Both the position numbers and the translations under genes were made by a program. The notes under the pieces are model-generated. The model ran no database searches and had not been told where the DNA came from. It was given only the letters and a program-made list of their open reading frames with translations. From Myxococcota bacterium (GTDB lineage: Bacteria; Myxococcota_A; UBA9160; UBA6930), in NCBI GenBank assembly GCA_965223415.1, contig OZ245002.1:3872001-3936000 (forward strand): DNA of 64,000 nt. Direction: 5' to 3'. Below, piece after piece: positions 19,876 to 28,463 of the stretch. Every line of letters starts with the position of its first letter. Within the stretch, counting starts at the first letter, position 1.

Positions 19876-20574
19876 CTACGCGGTCGCCCGCGACAGCTCG
19901 GCGTCGATCCCCGCGCGCATGGCCGCCAGGGCCTCCCGGCGCGCCCGGAGCTTCGTGCCCGCGTGGGCCTCCATGTCGAGGGCCGTGAGTCTCTGTGCTT
20001 CGGAGAGAGCCGCTTCCCGCAGCTCGTCCGGATCGACCACTGCGTCCAGGAAGCCGGCTCTCTCTGCCTCAGCGGGGCCGTAGAGGGCGCCGGTCGTGGT
20101 GGCGTGGTCGAACCAACGGGCGGAGAGCCGCTGGCGTGCGATCTCGACGCCGTAGATCGGCATGGTGAGACCGATCGCCACCTCGTTGAGGCCGATCTTG
20201 AAGTCGCCGGCGGCACCGACGCGCACGTCGGCGGCGAGCAGCAGGAACGCACCCTGGGCGATCGCGTGGCCAGTGCACGCGGCGACGACCGGGCGCGGGA
20301 AGCCGAGGATCCGGTGGACCAGCTCGCCGCCGGCCCGGATGGTGCGGACGATCTCGCCCCGCTCGCGACCGAACATGGCCATGTCGTAGCCCGCGGAGAA
20401 GAGTCCCGGCCGGCCCTCCAGGAGCACGACCGCGCTGTCAGCCTCGGCGCGGTCGAAGGCCGCGGCGAGGGCCGTCTGCATGGCCTCGGACATCACGTTG
20501 GCCTTGCCGTCGTCCATGCGGATCGTGGCGATCGATCCCAGCCGCTCGTAGGTCACCGGAGTCGAAGTCGTCAT
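19876..20574 (-). CDS. Crotonase/enoyl-CoA hydratase family protein
   Basis: DDGKANV, FSAGYDM, GHAIAQGA, GLNEVAIG. Confidence 0.9.
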   Translation of the reverse strand: MTTSTPVTYERLGSIATIRMDDGKANVMSEAMQTALAAAFDRAEADSAVVLLEGRPGLFSAGYDMAMFGRERGEIVRTIRAGGELVHRILGFPRPVVAACTGHAIAQGAFLLLAADVRVGAAGDFKIGLNEVAIGLTMPIYGVEIARQRLSARWFDHATTTGALYGPAEAERAGFLDAVVDPDELREAALSEAQRLTALDMEAHAGTKLRARREALAAMRAGIDAELSRATA

Positions 20575-21182
20575 CGTGCTCTCTTTCCTCTTCGGCGCGC
20601 GGGGGGGTGGCGCGACGTCCCGAGCGCCGCGAGGGCGGCGGCCTGGAACGTCGGGGTGAGTCGGGTGGGCCGGGGCCCGGCCAGTCCGCGCACCCACAGC
20701 CGGCAGTACTCCTGGGCCGGGCCGATCGCGAGGGAGTGGGCGACGGTGCGCTGCATGGGGGCCGAGAGCCCGGCCTTCGCGAGGCTCCGGTAGAAATCAT
20801 CGAGCACCGCGAAGAAGCGCGCGTTGTGGGAGGCGAGGGGGGCCGCCGCCTCGGCCATCACGTCGTCCGGCAGGGTGGCGAACAGGAAGCGCGCCAGGTC
20901 CCGGTGGGTCTCCACCCAGGCGAGGTGGACTTCGATCAGCGCGCGCAGCGCCTTCTCGGGATCGTCCTCGCCGTCGACGGCGCGTAGCGCGGTGCGTTGA
21001 TAGTCGACCATCCCGTCCACCCAGGCCGCCGCCGCGAGGGCGGCCCGGCTCGGGAAGGCGTGGAACAGGCTGCCGTTGGACACGCCCACGGCATCGCGGA
21101 CCGAGGCGAGGGTGAAGTCGGCGTAACCGCGATCGCACAGCTGGCGCGTGGCCTCGCCCAGGATGCGGGCTCGGGTGTCCAT
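20571..21182 (-). CDS. TetR/AcrR-family regulator
   Basis: N-terminal HTH (VGVSNGSLFHAFPSR). Confidence 0.9.
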   Translation of the reverse strand: MDTRARILGEATRQLCDRGYADFTLASVRDAVGVSNGSLFHAFPSRAALAAAAWVDGMVDYQRTALRAVDGEDDPEKALRALIEVHLAWVETHRDLARFLFATLPDDVMAEAAAPLASHNARFFAVLDDFYRSLAKAGLSAPMQRTVAHSLAIGPAQEYCRLWVRGLAGPRPTRLTPTFQAAALAALGTSRHPPARRRGKRAR

Positions 21183-21184
21183 GA

Positions 21185-21201
21185 CTAGAGTAGAACTCTA
21201 G
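21185..21201. promoter_or_regulatory. Probable TetR operator CTAGAGT-N3-ACTCTAG
   Basis: Perfect 7-bp inverted repeat, AT-rich, between a TATGCT -10-like hexamer and the tetR ATG. Confidence 0.7.
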
Positions 21202-21471
21202 AGCATAACTCCAGATCCCGCCCAGCCTCAGGCCGGCCCGGTGTACTCGCGGGCGTGCATCGCCGTCAGGACCACCACGCCCGCGATGAAGCCGCCGAAG
21301 CGCCCGAGGGTCGGGCGACCGACAGCGGGCATGGAGCCCTCCCAAGCCAGAGGGGTGGGGCATTTCGGGGCACCTGGGACCCGTCTGCGCAGCTGGCGGC
21401 TCGCCGCGTGCGCCGGCGCCCGGGTCGGAGCTACCTTCGACTCCGTTCCCACCCGTAAGGAGGGAGCCACC

Positions 21472-21891
21472 ATGAAGACCAGCATCGACGGCTCGGTCGA
21501 GATCGAGGTGCCGGCGTCCACGGCCTACTCGTTCTGGACCCGCATCGAGCACTTCCCCCACTTCATCGCCGCCATCCAGTCGGTGGAGCGGATCGACGAG
21601 CACCGCTCTCGCTGGCGGGCGAATCTGGGCTTCCGGAAGACCCAGTGGATCGCCGAAATCACCGAGGTGATCCCCGAGAAGCGCCGCGCCTGGCGGACCG
21701 TCGAGGGGCCCTTCAACGCCGGGATGGTCAACTTCCACGCCCTCGACGACGAGCACAGCCTCATGACCCTGCACCTCGAGTACGAGCCGAAGGGCGTGCT
21801 CCAGAACCTCGGCGACGAGCTGGGCATCGTGAGCCGGGTGGTCGACCGGGCGTTGGACGAGTTCAGGGACTTCGTCGAGGGCTACAGCTGA
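21472..21891 (+). CDS. SRPBCC (polyketide cyclase/dehydrase-like) protein
   Basis: WTRIEHFPHF...W.AEITE..P...AW; strong AAGGAGG RBS. Confidence 0.88.
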   Translation: MKTSIDGSVEIEVPASTAYSFWTRIEHFPHFIAAIQSVERIDEHRSRWRANLGFRKTQWIAEITEVIPEKRRAWRTVEGPFNAGMVNFHALDDEHSLMTLHLEYEPKGVLQNLGDELGIVSRVVDRALDEFRDFVEGYS

Positions 21892-21926
21892 GCCATCGTC
21901 GGGCACCGCGTTAGATTCGCTGCGGG

Positions 21927-22553
21927 ATGCGTGGTGCAGAGGACGAGCACGGGGTGCCGGCAGGGCGGGCGCCCCTGATCGAGACCGAGCGTCTCGCTCT
22001 GCGCCCGTTCCGGGAGGACGAGGCCGGAGCGCTCCGCGAGGCGGTGATCGAGAGCCTCGACCATCTCCGCCGCTGGTTGCGCTGGGCCGCCTTCGAGCCC
22101 GAGACCGTCGCGCAGAAGGGGGAGCGCATCCGCGCGAGCCGTGCCGAGTTCGAGACCGGCACCGACCTCCGCTACGGGGTGCTCGATCGGGGGACCGGGC
22201 GCGTCCTCGGCGGAAGTGGTCTCCACGACCGCGGGGAGGCGCCGGCGGTGCGCGAGATCGGCTACTGGATCCACGCCGACTTCGTGAACCGCGGCCTGGC
22301 GACGGAGCTGAGCGCCGCGCTCACCCGGGCGGGCTTCGAGCGCGAGGGTGCGCACCGCATCGAGATCCACTGCGACCCGGCGAACGGAGCCAGCGCGGCG
22401 GTGCCCCGCAAGCTCGGGTACCGGATGCGGGAGATCCGCCGGGACCATCGCGAGGGTGCCGACGGAAAGCTGCGGGACGGCATGATCTGGGAGCTCTGCG
22501 CGGAGGACTTCGGCGGGTCTTCGGCGGCCGCCTTCCCGGTGCGCTTCCCGTGA
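21927..22553 (+). CDS. GNAT acetyltransferase, RimJ/RimL type
   Basis: ETERLALRP, EIGYWI, N.ASAAVPRKLGY. Confidence 0.88.
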   Translation: MRGAEDEHGVPAGRAPLIETERLALRPFREDEAGALREAVIESLDHLRRWLRWAAFEPETVAQKGERIRASRAEFETGTDLRYGVLDRGTGRVLGGSGLHDRGEAPAVREIGYWIHADFVNRGLATELSAALTRAGFEREGAHRIEIHCDPANGASAAVPRKLGYRMREIRRDHREGADGKLRDGMIWELCAEDFGGSSAAAFPVRFP

Positions 22554-23578
22554 AGGCATGGCAGGTCGTCCGACACGGCCCGCCGCGAGAGGCCCTCGAG
22601 CTCGCGGACGTGCCCGAGCCCGTTCCCGGGCCCGGCCAGCTTCGCGTCTCCACCTGCGCCAGCGCGCTCAATTGGAACGAGATCGACGGCTGCTACGGGC
22701 GCTACCGCACCGTCGACCCGCCGCTCCCCTACACCCTCGGCATGGAGGCGGTGGGCGTCGTCGACGCGGTCGGTGACGGGTCCCTCGACGGCTGGCTCGG
22801 ACAGCGGGTCGCCCTCACCGGCATGGGGGCGACCGGGGCCCATGGGGAGCGCGTGGTCGGCGAGGCGTCGATGGCCTTCGCCTCGCCGCCGGAGCTCTCG
22901 GACGCGGAGGCCGCCGCCTTCTACTTCCCGTTTCACGTGGCCTGGCTCTCCCTCTGCGAGCGGGGCGGCCTGCGGGAGGGCGAGACGATCCTCGTCCACG
23001 CCGGCGCCGGCGGCGTGGGCTCGGCAGCGGTGCAGATCGGCCGCGCGCGGGGCGCCCGGGTGATCGCCACGGCGGGCGGCCCCCAGAAGCTCGCCACCTG
23101 CCGCGCCCTCGGGGCGGAGCTGGCGATCGACTACCGGGCCGGGCCCTTCGTCGACGCCGTCCTCGACGCCACCCAGGGCCGCGGCGTCGACCTCGTCTGC
23201 GACCTGGTCGGGGGCGAGGTGACCCGGGAGAGCCTGCGCTGCCTGGCCCGCGGCGGGCGGCTCATGCTCACCGGCTTCTCCGGGGGGATCGAGGCCGAGG
23301 ACGAGGTCGGCCTCCTGCCCCGGCCGGTCATCTTCGCGAACGGCGCGGTGGTCGGGGTCCTGCTGGCCTACGTGCCGGACGGGACGCCGGAGCGCGCCGG
23401 CCTGGGGCTGCTTCCGCGGAGCGTCGGCGAGCGGGTCCAGGCCGAGCTCGTGGCGCTCCTCGAGGCCGGCAAGATCCGGCCCCAGGTGCACCGCACGGCC
23501 CCGGCTCGGGACCTGCCCGCGGAGCTCGAGCGGATGGAGCGACGGGAGAGCACCGGCCGGAACGTGATGCTCTGGTAG
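22550..23578 (+). CDS. NADPH:quinone oxidoreductase (MDR family)
   Basis: PYTLGME, HAGAGGVGSAAVQ, GRGVDLV. Confidence 0.9.
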   Translation: MKAWQVVRHGPPREALELADVPEPVPGPGQLRVSTCASALNWNEIDGCYGRYRTVDPPLPYTLGMEAVGVVDAVGDGSLDGWLGQRVALTGMGATGAHGERVVGEASMAFASPPELSDAEAAAFYFPFHVAWLSLCERGGLREGETILVHAGAGGVGSAAVQIGRARGARVIATAGGPQKLATCRALGAELAIDYRAGPFVDAVLDATQGRGVDLVCDLVGGEVTRESLRCLARGGRLMLTGFSGGIEAEDEVGLLPRPVIFANGAVVGVLLAYVPDGTPERAGLGLLPRSVGERVQAELVALLEAGKIRPQVHRTAPARDLPAELERMERRESTGRNVMLW

Positions 23579-23588
23579 GCCGCCGCGC

Positions 23589-24818
23589 TCAGGCGGGCTC
23601 CGCCGGGATCCCGTAGTGCTCCATGTAGAAGCGGAACCGCTCCGCCACGTCCGCCGGGTCGATCCCGGACGCCTCGGCGCTGTAGCGGTGCACGCCGCGG
23701 GAATCCTTGGGCTTGCTCCGGGCGTAGGCATCGATCGCGCCGCGGGCGTCCTCGGTGAAGTCCCAGCTGAGACGTCGGTAGATCCCCTCGATGGTGCCCA
23801 CCGGGTCCCGCACCACGTCCGCGAAGTGGACGTCGACGAAACGCTCGTCGGGAAGGGCGCCGGAAGCGCGGTCGTCGATCTCCTGGCGGAAGAGCGTCGC
23901 GAAGTTGGCCGGGATCGCCGCCGCGGCGAGGCCGAGGTCGACCTGGCTGCAGCGCATCCACAGCAGCGTGCCCAGCAGGTCGAGCATGCTCGGGAAGCTC
24001 TTCATCGGGTCCCGGTGGGTGCGCACGATGCGCGCGTCCGGGTACACGTCGAAGAGCGCGCGGAGCTGGGACTGGTGGCTCGGCGCCTTGAGCAGCCAAC
24101 GCCGCGGGCCGGGCCGCTGCTGCAGGGTCTGCAGGAAGCGGCGGTGGTAGCGATAGGCCGGTCGGTGGTCGGCCCTGGCCAGGTGCACCTGGTAGCTCGG
24201 AACGGCGTACTGGCTGCCCCAGGCGTCTGACAGGAACGCGTGGTTGGTCATGAACAGGCATTCGTTCGGGAGGTGCCCGGAGTTCGCGTGCATCGTCTCG
24301 TACTCGGGCTGGAGCCAGTGGTGGAAGGTCTCGACCCGGTCGCTGATCTCGCTCCAGTCTTCGCCACGGACCGCGGCGGCGGGATGCTGCATTTCCCACA
24401 TGGCCGGCGAGCGGGTGGCCGGATCCGCCGCCATCAGCTCGAACAGGATCGAGGTGCCGGTGCGGGCGCCGCCGACGATGAAGACCGGCGCCGGCACCTC
24501 CTCCCTCAGGATCGCCGGCTCCCGGCTCCACAGCGCCGTCAGCTCCAGGCGGTTGCGGAGCGTCCGCAGCAGCTCGGTGCGTGCGATGATGCGTCCGACC
24601 AGGTGCAGGTCGCACTCGGTGTTCAGGGCCTGGAGGAACGCGTCGTAGTGGGTGCGCCAATCGTCGTCGCCGAAGTCGGCGAGCTTCGCGGTGGAGCGCG
24701 CCGTCTCGAGCAGCTCCTCCGGGTCGAGCGAGACGAGGCGCTCGGGGCCGCCCACCGCCTCGCCGTAGGCGTTCAGGCGCTCCACCCATTCGGGCCGCTT
24801 CGGCGGCGTCCAGGCCAT
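23589..24818 (-). CDS. Sulfotransferase family protein
   Basis: PVFIVGGARTGTSIL (5'-PSB), WLLKAPSH, THRDP. Confidence 0.9.
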   Translation of the reverse strand: MAWTPPKRPEWVERLNAYGEAVGGPERLVSLDPEELLETARSTAKLADFGDDDWRTHYDAFLQALNTECDLHLVGRIIARTELLRTLRNRLELTALWSREPAILREEVPAPVFIVGGARTGTSILFELMAADPATRSPAMWEMQHPAAAVRGEDWSEISDRVETFHHWLQPEYETMHANSGHLPNECLFMTNHAFLSDAWGSQYAVPSYQVHLARADHRPAYRYHRRFLQTLQQRPGPRRWLLKAPSHQSQLRALFDVYPDARIVRTHRDPMKSFPSMLDLLGTLLWMRCSQVDLGLAAAAIPANFATLFRQEIDDRASGALPDERFVDVHFADVVRDPVGTIEGIYRRLSWDFTEDARGAIDAYARSKPKDSRGVHRYSAEASGIDPADVAERFRFYMEHYGIPAEPA

Positions 24819-25990
24819 CAGGGGAACCGCAGGCAGGCGGCTTCGCGGCGGCGAGCCAGGCGTCGCCTCCGCTCGGCCGCGTCGATGCGGGGGTGGTCCG
24901 CCGGCAGGGCGGCGGGTAGCTCGGTCGACGGCAGGACCCGACTCGTCGGCACCGGGTTCGTCCGGGTCCAGACCCAGCGGTAGACGAGCAGGCCGCGTCG
25001 CCGGCCCTCGGTATCGATCCAGTTCGGGCTGCCGGGGTCCCGGTGGGCCAGCACCAGCCGGACGCGGCCGTCGCCGTCCCGGTGCACCTGGTGGCCGGAG
25101 AGGCTCGTCTGGCGCTCCCCGAAGGCGCCGGATTCGAGCCAGGGCAGGGTGTGGAGGGTGAAGCCCCAGTACTGGGCGTCGGGTACGTCGGTCTCGAGGA
25201 GCAGCGCCTCGTCATCGCCCAGCTCCCAGAAGCAGCTCCCATACAGGATGTTGTCGGCACCACCCTTGGCCGGGCCCGGTGCCGCGGCGACGTTCGGCGT
25301 CGCCCGTTCCCAGCCGGCGGCGGTGTAGGCGGGCCAGTAGGCGGCGGTCTGCTCGACCCATCCGGCGGCCCGGTCGAGGGCGGCCGCGAGCGCCGCGGGC
25401 TCCGGCGGGGGAGGGGGCTCACCCTCCGCGCCGACCCGCTCGATCAGGAAGGGAGGCTGCGCGTCCCGCTCCCAGTCGCTCAGGTAGACACGGATCGTGA
25501 AGATGCGCGCGTCCGGGTGCATCTCGATCCAGTTGCCCGGATGCTTCACCGGAGAGAGCAGGAGCTCGAGCCGTCCGTCGGCCCCCACCTCGAGGGCGTC
25601 CAGGGAGGTCTCGCCGTAGACGCCGTACTGCTGGAGCTGCATGTCGCCTTCGTGGAGGGAGAAGATCGCCTGGCGCACACCGCGGATGTCGGCGCGCACG
25701 CGGTAGGTCTCTCCCGGCTCGATGCGTGCGCGCAGGTAGAGGTTGTCCGGGTTCGGCCCGCCCCACTGGTTGTCCGGCGTCTCGTAGCGGACGAAGCGCG
25801 GGAAGGCCGGGTCGCCGGCCTCCACCTGCTCGCGCAGGGCGTGCACCACCAGGCGCGAGAGCCAGCGGTAGCCCTCCGCCCGCTCTTCCGGTGCAGCTGG
25901 CTCCAAGATGCGCTCCCCGGCCGCCTTGAGCCGGTCGCAGTAGGCCCGCCAGGCTTCTCCCGAGACCAGCGCTCGCTCGTCCCACGTCAT
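24818..25990 (-). CDS. DUF1214-like protein
   Basis: WGGPNPDNLY; LAHRDPGSPNWIDTEG...YRW; 1-nt overlap with the sulfotransferase start. Confidence 0.8.
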   Translation of the reverse strand: MTWDERALVSGEAWRAYCDRLKAAGERILEPAAPEERAEGYRWLSRLVVHALREQVEAGDPAFPRFVRYETPDNQWGGPNPDNLYLRARIEPGETYRVRADIRGVRQAIFSLHEGDMQLQQYGVYGETSLDALEVGADGRLELLLSPVKHPGNWIEMHPDARIFTIRVYLSDWERDAQPPFLIERVGAEGEPPPPPEPAALAAALDRAAGWVEQTAAYWPAYTAAGWERATPNVAAAPGPAKGGADNILYGSCFWELGDDEALLLETDVPDAQYWGFTLHTLPWLESGAFGERQTSLSGHQVHRDGDGRVRLVLAHRDPGSPNWIDTEGRRRGLLVYRWVWTRTNPVPTSRVLPSTELPAALPADHPRIDAAERRRRLARRREAACLRFP

Positions 25991-26064
25991 CGCTCGCCTC
26001 CGTGATGGGCGTTGTACCGCAGGGAGGGCTCCCGTGCTGTACATTGCGTGGGCGAGGGGTCGCG

Positions 26065-26382
26065 ATGGGACGAGCGCTGCGCTTCGGCTCCACGCTGGCC
26101 CTCGTGCTGGCCTTCGCCGGCCCGGTCGGGGCCGGCTACGTCACCTTCGGCATGGGCTTCGGCTCGAAATGGGACGATCCGGTCCACGGCACGCCGACCA
26201 CCGTCACGTAGGGATTCATGGACCCGGGCACCGTGGTGCACGGCAGCGCGCCGATCGCGAGCGAGGTGATCGACGGCAGCAACATCGCCGCGCTGCGCTC
26301 CGAGTACGACTGCGGTCTCGGGCCGGAGCTCCTCGGGATCCTCGCCATGCTGGCGCTGCAACGGGCTCGGCGCCGAGCCTGA
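26065..26382 (+). pseudogene. Secreted-protein remnant: signal peptide, matrixin-like N-terminus, in-frame TAG at 26209, internal deletion, C-terminal CGLG-TM-basic tail
   Basis: Read-through gives MGRALRF...AGYV...KWDDPVHGTPTTVT*GFM...SEYD CGLGPELLGILAMLALQRARRRA. Confidence 0.65.
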
Positions 26383-26415
26383 AGCGATACACTCCTCCTT
26401 CGCGAGGAGGACGTC

Positions 26416-27252
26416 ATGGCGGAAGGCAAGGAGCGGGTCGGCGAGGTCGAGCTCTGGTGGGAGGACTTCGGCGACCGCGGCGACCCTTCGGTCCTGCTGG
26501 TGATGGGCGCCAATGCCCAGGGGATCTTCTGGCCGCTGCCGCTCGTCGAGGCCCTGGCCGACGCGAGCTACCACGTGGTGCGCTTCGACAACCGCGACAT
26601 CGGCCTCTCGACCTGGGTGGACTTCGAGAAGGCCCCCTACACCGTGCCGGACATGGCCGCCGACGCGATCGGGCTGCTCGACGCCCTCGGCATCGAGCGC
26701 GCCCACTGGATCGGCGCCTCGATGGGCGGGATGATCAGCCAGCAGGCGGCCCTCGACCATCCGGAGCGGGTTCGGTCGCTCACCTCGATCATGTCGTCGC
26801 CCAGTGGCCCCCACGACACCGACCTCCCGGGGATGGAGCCGAAGGTCGAGGCGGCCGTGGCGGCGATGGCGACGGCGGAGGATCCGGTGGAGGCCACGGT
26901 GGCGATGTTCTCCACCCTCGCCGGGAGCCGCTCCGCCTTCGACGAGGAGGTGTTCCGGGCCGGGTTCCAGCTGGGGGTGGACCGCGGCGGCTTCAACCCG
27001 GCCTGCGCCCACGGCCTGGCGGTGCAGGCCTCGCCCTCCCGCCGCGAGCGGCTGCGGGGTCTCCAGGTGCCGACCCTGGTGCTCCACGGCAGCGAGGATC
27101 CGATCCTGCCCCTGGCCCACGGCGAAGCCACGGCCGAGGCGATCCCCGGGGCGCGGCTCCTCGTCGTCGAGGGTGCCGGCCACGACTTCCCGGAGCCGGC
27201 GATGCCGCAGATCCTGGAGGCGATCCTCTCCCACCTGAAGGCGAGCGGCTGA
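26416..27252 (+). CDS. Alpha/beta hydrolase
   Basis: FDNRDIGLS, GASMGG, HGSEDP, GAGHD. Confidence 0.92.
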   Translation: MAEGKERVGEVELWWEDFGDRGDPSVLLVMGANAQGIFWPLPLVEALADASYHVVRFDNRDIGLSTWVDFEKAPYTVPDMAADAIGLLDALGIERAHWIGASMGGMISQQAALDHPERVRSLTSIMSSPSGPHDTDLPGMEPKVEAAVAAMATAEDPVEATVAMFSTLAGSRSAFDEEVFRAGFQLGVDRGGFNPACAHGLAVQASPSRRERLRGLQVPTLVLHGSEDPILPLAHGEATAEAIPGARLLVVEGAGHDFPEPAMPQILEAILSHLKASG

Positions 27253-27279
27253 GGCCGCGTTGGTGCCGATGGAGGTTTC

Positions 27280-27537
27280 GTGAGCAAGCAGGGGCTGGAA
27301 GAAGCGGTGCGCAAGCTCGAGCAGGAGCTCGAGACCACGAAGGATCTCGATCCCGGTCTGCGCGACCGGCTCGCCGAGGCCGGCCGCGAAATCGACGCGG
27401 CGCTGCGCGGCGAGCACGAGGGCGAGGGGCTCGGAGAGAAGCTCCAGGATCTGCTGCTCGCGCTGGAGACCCAGCATCCGACGCTCACCACAGTGGTGGA
27501 CGCGATCACGCGGCAGCTGAGCCGGCTCGGGATCTGA
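27280..27537 (+). CDS. DUF4404-family small protein
   Basis: C-terminal ETQHPTL...LSRLGI; GGAGG RBS. Confidence 0.8.
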   Translation: MSKQGLEEAVRKLEQELETTKDLDPGLRDRLAEAGREIDAALRGEHEGEGLGEKLQDLLLALETQHPTLTTVVDAITRQLSRLGI

Positions 27538-27561
27538 CCGGCCGCTCGCGGGCTCGCGCCG

Positions 27562-28170
27562 TCAGCGCGTGGCGGGAGACCCCATCCGGGGCAGGAGCGA
27601 GCCCACGCGGCAACAGTAGGCCTCGAAGGGCTCGCCGAACTCGGCCGCCATCATCTGCTCCTCGCTCCGGATGTAGGCGAGGAACACGGGCAGGACCAGG
27701 CCGAAGGTCGCGAGGAGCAGGACCGCGTGCTGGTAGGCGACGGCGATTCCGAGCCACAGGAGCAGGATGCCCAGGTACATCGGATTGCGAACGAAGCCGT
27801 AGGCGCCGGTCGTGACCAGCGGGTGCTCCCGCTTGACGAAGTGTCCGCCGTCGAGCACGACCCCGCGGCGAACCGTCGTGGCGATGGCCCAGACCGAGAC
27901 CGCGACGCCCAGCATCGTCGCGGTGGCGCCCAGACCGCCGCAGAGCCAGCTCGCGGGGCTCGGCGGCGGCATCGGCGGAGGGCTCGTCCACAGCCAGCCG
28001 GTGAGCGCGAGGAAGACGAAGAGCTCGCCCAGGGCGAGCACCTCGGCGACTCCCCATCGCCGAGTCCGTGCCCGCAGGTGGACCGGGATCATCCGGATCA
28101 GACCGACGAGCAGCCAGGTCGAACGGGCCAGTGCCGAGGCTCGGACGAGGTCGAACAGGATCTCGTACAT
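27562..28170 (-). CDS. Isoprenylcysteine carboxyl methyltransferase / PEMT-family membrane protein
   Basis: LVTTGAYGFVRNPMYLG, EEQMM...FG..F..Y. Confidence 0.88.
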   Translation of the reverse strand: MYEILFDLVRASALARSTWLLVGLIRMIPVHLRARTRRWGVAEVLALGELFVFLALTGWLWTSPPPMPPPSPASWLCGGLGATATMLGVAVSVWAIATTVRRGVVLDGGHFVKREHPLVTTGAYGFVRNPMYLGILLLWLGIAVAYQHAVLLLATFGLVLPVFLAYIRSEEQMMAAEFGEPFEAYCCRVGSLLPRMGSPATR

Positions 28171-28179
28171 GGGGCCTCC

Positions 28180-28461
28180 TCAACGGGGGAGCATGCCGTC
28201 GGCGACGATCTGCATCAGCACGGGCAGCAGGTCTCCGTAGGGGTAGTCGTCCAATCCGTACAGGGTGCGCCCGGCGACGAAGAGCACGTAGGCCGCCTTC
28301 TCGGCGTCGATCTCGGCGAGCGAGCCGTCCTCGATTCCCTCGCGGATCACCTCCGCGATCCCGGATCGCCCAGGCCGCCCGGAAGCGCTTCGAGGCCTTC
28401 GGGTACCGGGGCACGGGCGTGACCCAGATCGCGCGAGACGCGGGGACCCCTCCCGGGGTCC
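28180..28461. pseudogene. Scrambled TetR gene: C-terminal part on the minus strand, HTH fragment on the plus strand
   Basis: Minus strand: IAEVIREGIEDGSL...VADGMLPR*. Plus strand (28362-28445): RIAQAARKRFEAFGYRGTGVTQIARDAG. Confidence 0.75.
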
Positions 28462-28463
28462 GG

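Noticed and set aside
26209..26211. Pyrrolysine or amber read-through
   Set aside because: The position fits a Trp (TGG to TAG), the gene also appears internally deleted, and other genes here use TAG as a normal stop.
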